Source: Trichosphaerium sp. ATCC 40318 (Eukaryota > Protista > Tubulinea). Taken from it: a DNA stretch of 64,000 bases. The position numbers were made by a program, and so were the translations under genes. Location of the stretch: assembly GCA_038496445.1 (NCBI GenBank), contig JALMLS010000371.1, forward strand, positions 9,456-73,455, written 5' to 3'. How positions within the stretch are numbered: the first letter of the stretch is position 1; each line of letters opens with the position of its first letter. A model generated the notes under the pieces. That model was given only the letters and a program-made list of their open reading frames with translations, did no database searches and was not told the DNA's origin. Below are positions 60,901-64,000 of the stretch, one piece after another.

Positions 60901-63900
60901 GACTTTAAAGACATCTGCAAGAAAGAGTTCAAAAAGAGCCATACTGATTGGAACAGGTTAACTAAACTTGAGTTTGCGACATACCTTGAGTACTTGCATA
61001 ACACTGGAGTGCTAATGCTAGATACTGTACGGATTAACTGTTTTGTTTTTGGTTCATCCCTCCTTCTCATTTTTTTGGTTTTAGACGACTGCTATAATTT
61101 GTACAAAGCCAGCTATCATGTCTAAAATCTTGAGCAGTTTTATTGGACCTGATACACATATCAATCGACTTCAGGAGCAGAAAGGAGGCTGTGGTGGTAT
61201 GAGGAATCCAATAGTATCTTTAGAGGATGCTGTAAAACGTTTGCAACGTGTTCCTACTACTGATGGAGAACCATACAGCCGGCTCATTTGCTTATCGATT
61301 CTCAACTTTATGGAGCAGCTCAAGATCTGTTATATGCTGTCACCGCAAGAGGAGGTACGCTTGAAGTGATAAGAGTGGAATCGTGTACTTATTGATCGAT
61401 AGATATGTTACGGAAGACCTGGATACATGTTTCCAATGCTCCGACCAAAAGCTGAAATGGCCTATCTACCTCCTGTAGTAGGTGATCGTGAGGGGTTACG
61501 TCTTTGGACGGCTAGACTTAAGTCCAGCGAAGATGTTAGTATTACCAGCGATTTTTTTAACTCGATGCAAGTTGAACTGAGAGGTAAGCAAAAGGATTGA
61601 AAGCGTTTTTTGCAGAGATTTACTTTTTTTCCTCGCAGATTTTCACGACTTCAAGTACAAGCTTTTCTTGAACTCTATGGTCCTCGCAGATAAACAAGGT
61701 AATATGGTGTTATTATACCACTCAGTAGATTCCATCATTATGATGGTGCGGGGTACTGATCCAACAACTTGGGTACTTCCTATTTTTCTCATTTTCGTAC
61801 TCTTTTTTATTGTTCTTTTTTATTCTTAACTTTGGTTTTGTTTTAGCTTTCTACGCTATATGCATTTATTCCTCAATTGAAGAGAGCATCTTTTGATGTA
61901 CTTTGTCCTTCGTGTACGGTATCAGGGACGTTCCAGTCATTCGATAGAAGCCATGTTTGTAAATCTTCTACAACAACGCTTACAGAACAGACTGTTGATC
62001 AAGGTGTTCCTATTGAAACTCTTGAAGGAGTTGTACCTAAATTATGGAGTCCAAAAGGAGGTATTACATTGTTTTCTTTTCAAACAGACTGTAGTTTAAG
62101 TCATTAATGTCATTTCAATTAAGGCGTCTCTTTCTTTGAAAAAGGAGTATGGCAACAACAGCCTCAGTTGAAGTATACTGTTCTAGAGCAGTGTGAAGCT
62201 ATAAAAGAGAGAAAAAGCGAGTACCTACGTGCTCGAGATATGTTCTACCAGTTTGTTGGTGTTGACAATGCATCATTCTTTAAGCTTGATAAGGTTGTGT
62301 TCTTTCACAATCCTATGCTTGAAAATAAGTTTCATGCTTTTTATCAACGTGTTATATCACGTGTTGTTGACCAACATGATCCAAATGATATTGAGGATTC
62401 GACAGATGATGGTATGTACTAGCTAACAAGGTGTGACGATGCTAAGCAAAGTTTAGGTGCAAAGAAGGCTTGGAAACAATGGTTCTTAGACAACTTTCTA
62501 ACAACGCCATATTCAAATTTTTTTTATTTAGGATACTTGAAAAGTTAGATAGTTACGCTATGCGTGGGTCTGGGAATGAACAAGTGAATTTATTGCCAGG
62601 GTGCGTACCTTTTTCGGTCTTTTTGACTTTTTTTCTTAGTTTTTTCTTTGTGTAGGTTTCATGGCACCACAGAGGTATTTTTACGCATATTCTAAGTCTA
62701 AGAAGGCTTTACTAATAAAGAGGTTATAGGAATCATCGTTTAAAATCGCTGAGAATAATTTTTTGGAGCCTCGAGAGCTCAATAATCAGACAGATCCTGG
62801 TTATTTTGGTACTTATTAATTGGCAGAATGTCAAACATGTCACTGATAGTCTTTGGTAGGTAAAGGCATATACTTTACGCAATCGCCAACGTATGGTATG
62901 GTTATATTCTTTCAAGTTATTCTAAGCCCTAAATCACGTGTAGGATCCAAATACGCTGAACTAAAGCAAAAGACAGGTCAACACTGTCTCCTCATATCTG
63001 TACGACGACTTTTATCGAAAAACAAAAAAAGACACCCTCCCTCCCTTTCTTAGCTAATGCTGTTCTTTAGTGGTTGATTATGGGTAAACCGTATCCTGTC
63101 ATTGAGACACCGGATCCTAATGATCCAAATACGTTACTTGGAAAGCCATGCAAGGCTGGCTATGACTCTCATTATGTTGTTGTTAAAAAGGCTGGTAATG
63201 ATATGATGTATATGCCATGTCGTCCTGCTGAAGAACCTGACGCAGATGAAGTTGTAGTATTCAACAAAGACCAAGTAAGAAATAGTTAAACGCACACCTT
63301 CTTGGAATTAATGGCTATTTAGATACTGCCGCGATACTTGGTGTACTACACTAGGAGTGGCACCAATACGTTTGATACATTCGAACTTAGCTGGCGAGAT
63401 TGTAGAAACTTGGTTTTGTGGGTACGTACAGCAAGAAGAGATGGTCTTGATCGAATACTGGCCACACTTTTTGCCACGACTTTGTGTTGAACTGCTTTTT
63501 TAGGTGGATGATAATCTAGCTGATGAGAATAAGTTCACTGTAAAAATGTTGGAGAAGGATCCTAAAGCGAGTGTCAAGGTGAGCCCTGATATGAACATAA
63601 GTTGATTAGTAATGTATTTGTATGTAGGTCATACCCATGACGTCAATCACGGAATTGATAGCATTTTTGAAGCAGTATGCTGCCAGTAATATTAAAAAAA
63701 TAAAGGTCATTACAAATCAGTACAGAGCGAATGATGGAAAGCAAGATGCTGCCAATAATCTTGTCAAGTACGTTTACCCATCAATTTTTATATGCGTTCT
63801 TGATTCAAAAAAAGCGCACAAAGAGCTGGTTGCTTATTTTCCGTTTTTTAGAGTTGTCAGGGAGAAAAAGAAGTGGAAGAAAATTCCAATATTGATATAC

Positions 63901-63999
63901 GGCAACAATGTTGACAGCGCTGGTTTTCTTGTCAAGAAATATTCAAAGGTTAAGGCCACTACTAAAGCAGTTGACTTGCTTCACTTTTGTTCAAAGTAA
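57903..63999 (+). CDS. Pseudo-Ras + Roc-COR + PARP-like ADP-ribosyltransferase + receiver-like domain protein, multi-exon
   Basis: EYKIVCVG, YDPIIEENY, DTAEQ (Ras-like); VLGHGGCGKTS, STIGFD, YDFAGQLEY, VGTKID (Roc); FHGTTE, DPGYFGKGIYFT, GYDSHY, DEVVVFNKDQILPRYLVYY (ART); LVLWVDD (REC); TAA at 63997-63999. Confidence 0.85.
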
Positions 64000-64000
64000 T

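Noticed and set aside
1-64000. tRNA/rRNA genes or a transposase/RT ORF
   Set aside because: None recognised by eye; tRNAscan-SE, Infernal and RepeatMasker would be needed to exclude them

Overview
AT-rich, gene-dense eukaryotic DNA with many short spliceosomal introns (mostly GTACG/GTAAG...YAG). A CudA-family transcription factor, Roco GTPases and a BRICK1 subunit point to an amoebozoan protist. I reconstructed about 25 genes by joining ORF fragments across introns by eye, so exon boundaries and some termini are approximate. Two repeat blocks are present (1-2.8 kb and 48.2-51.1 kb). The best candidate for a new system is a head-to-head gene pair with start codons about 170 bp apart. One gene encodes pseudo-Ras + Roc-COR + PARP-type ADP-ribosyltransferase (H-Y-E) + pseudo-receiver. 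The other encodes Ubl/vWA + E2 ubiquitin-conjugating domain + 2 WWE domains. Together they look like an ADP-ribose writer and a reader/ubiquitinator. Nearby are an array of stem-loops with compensatory base changes and a second, kinase-less LRR-Roc-COR gene. Other highlights are a 7TM (GPR137/TOM1-like)-TKL kinase fusion, a GATA/PHD gene nested antisense in an INTS9 intron, U12-type and GC-AG introns in an NCLX/CCX exchanger, a PITP ending in the PTS1 tripeptide AKL, and intronless F-box LRR/MORN genes of giant-virus-like type.
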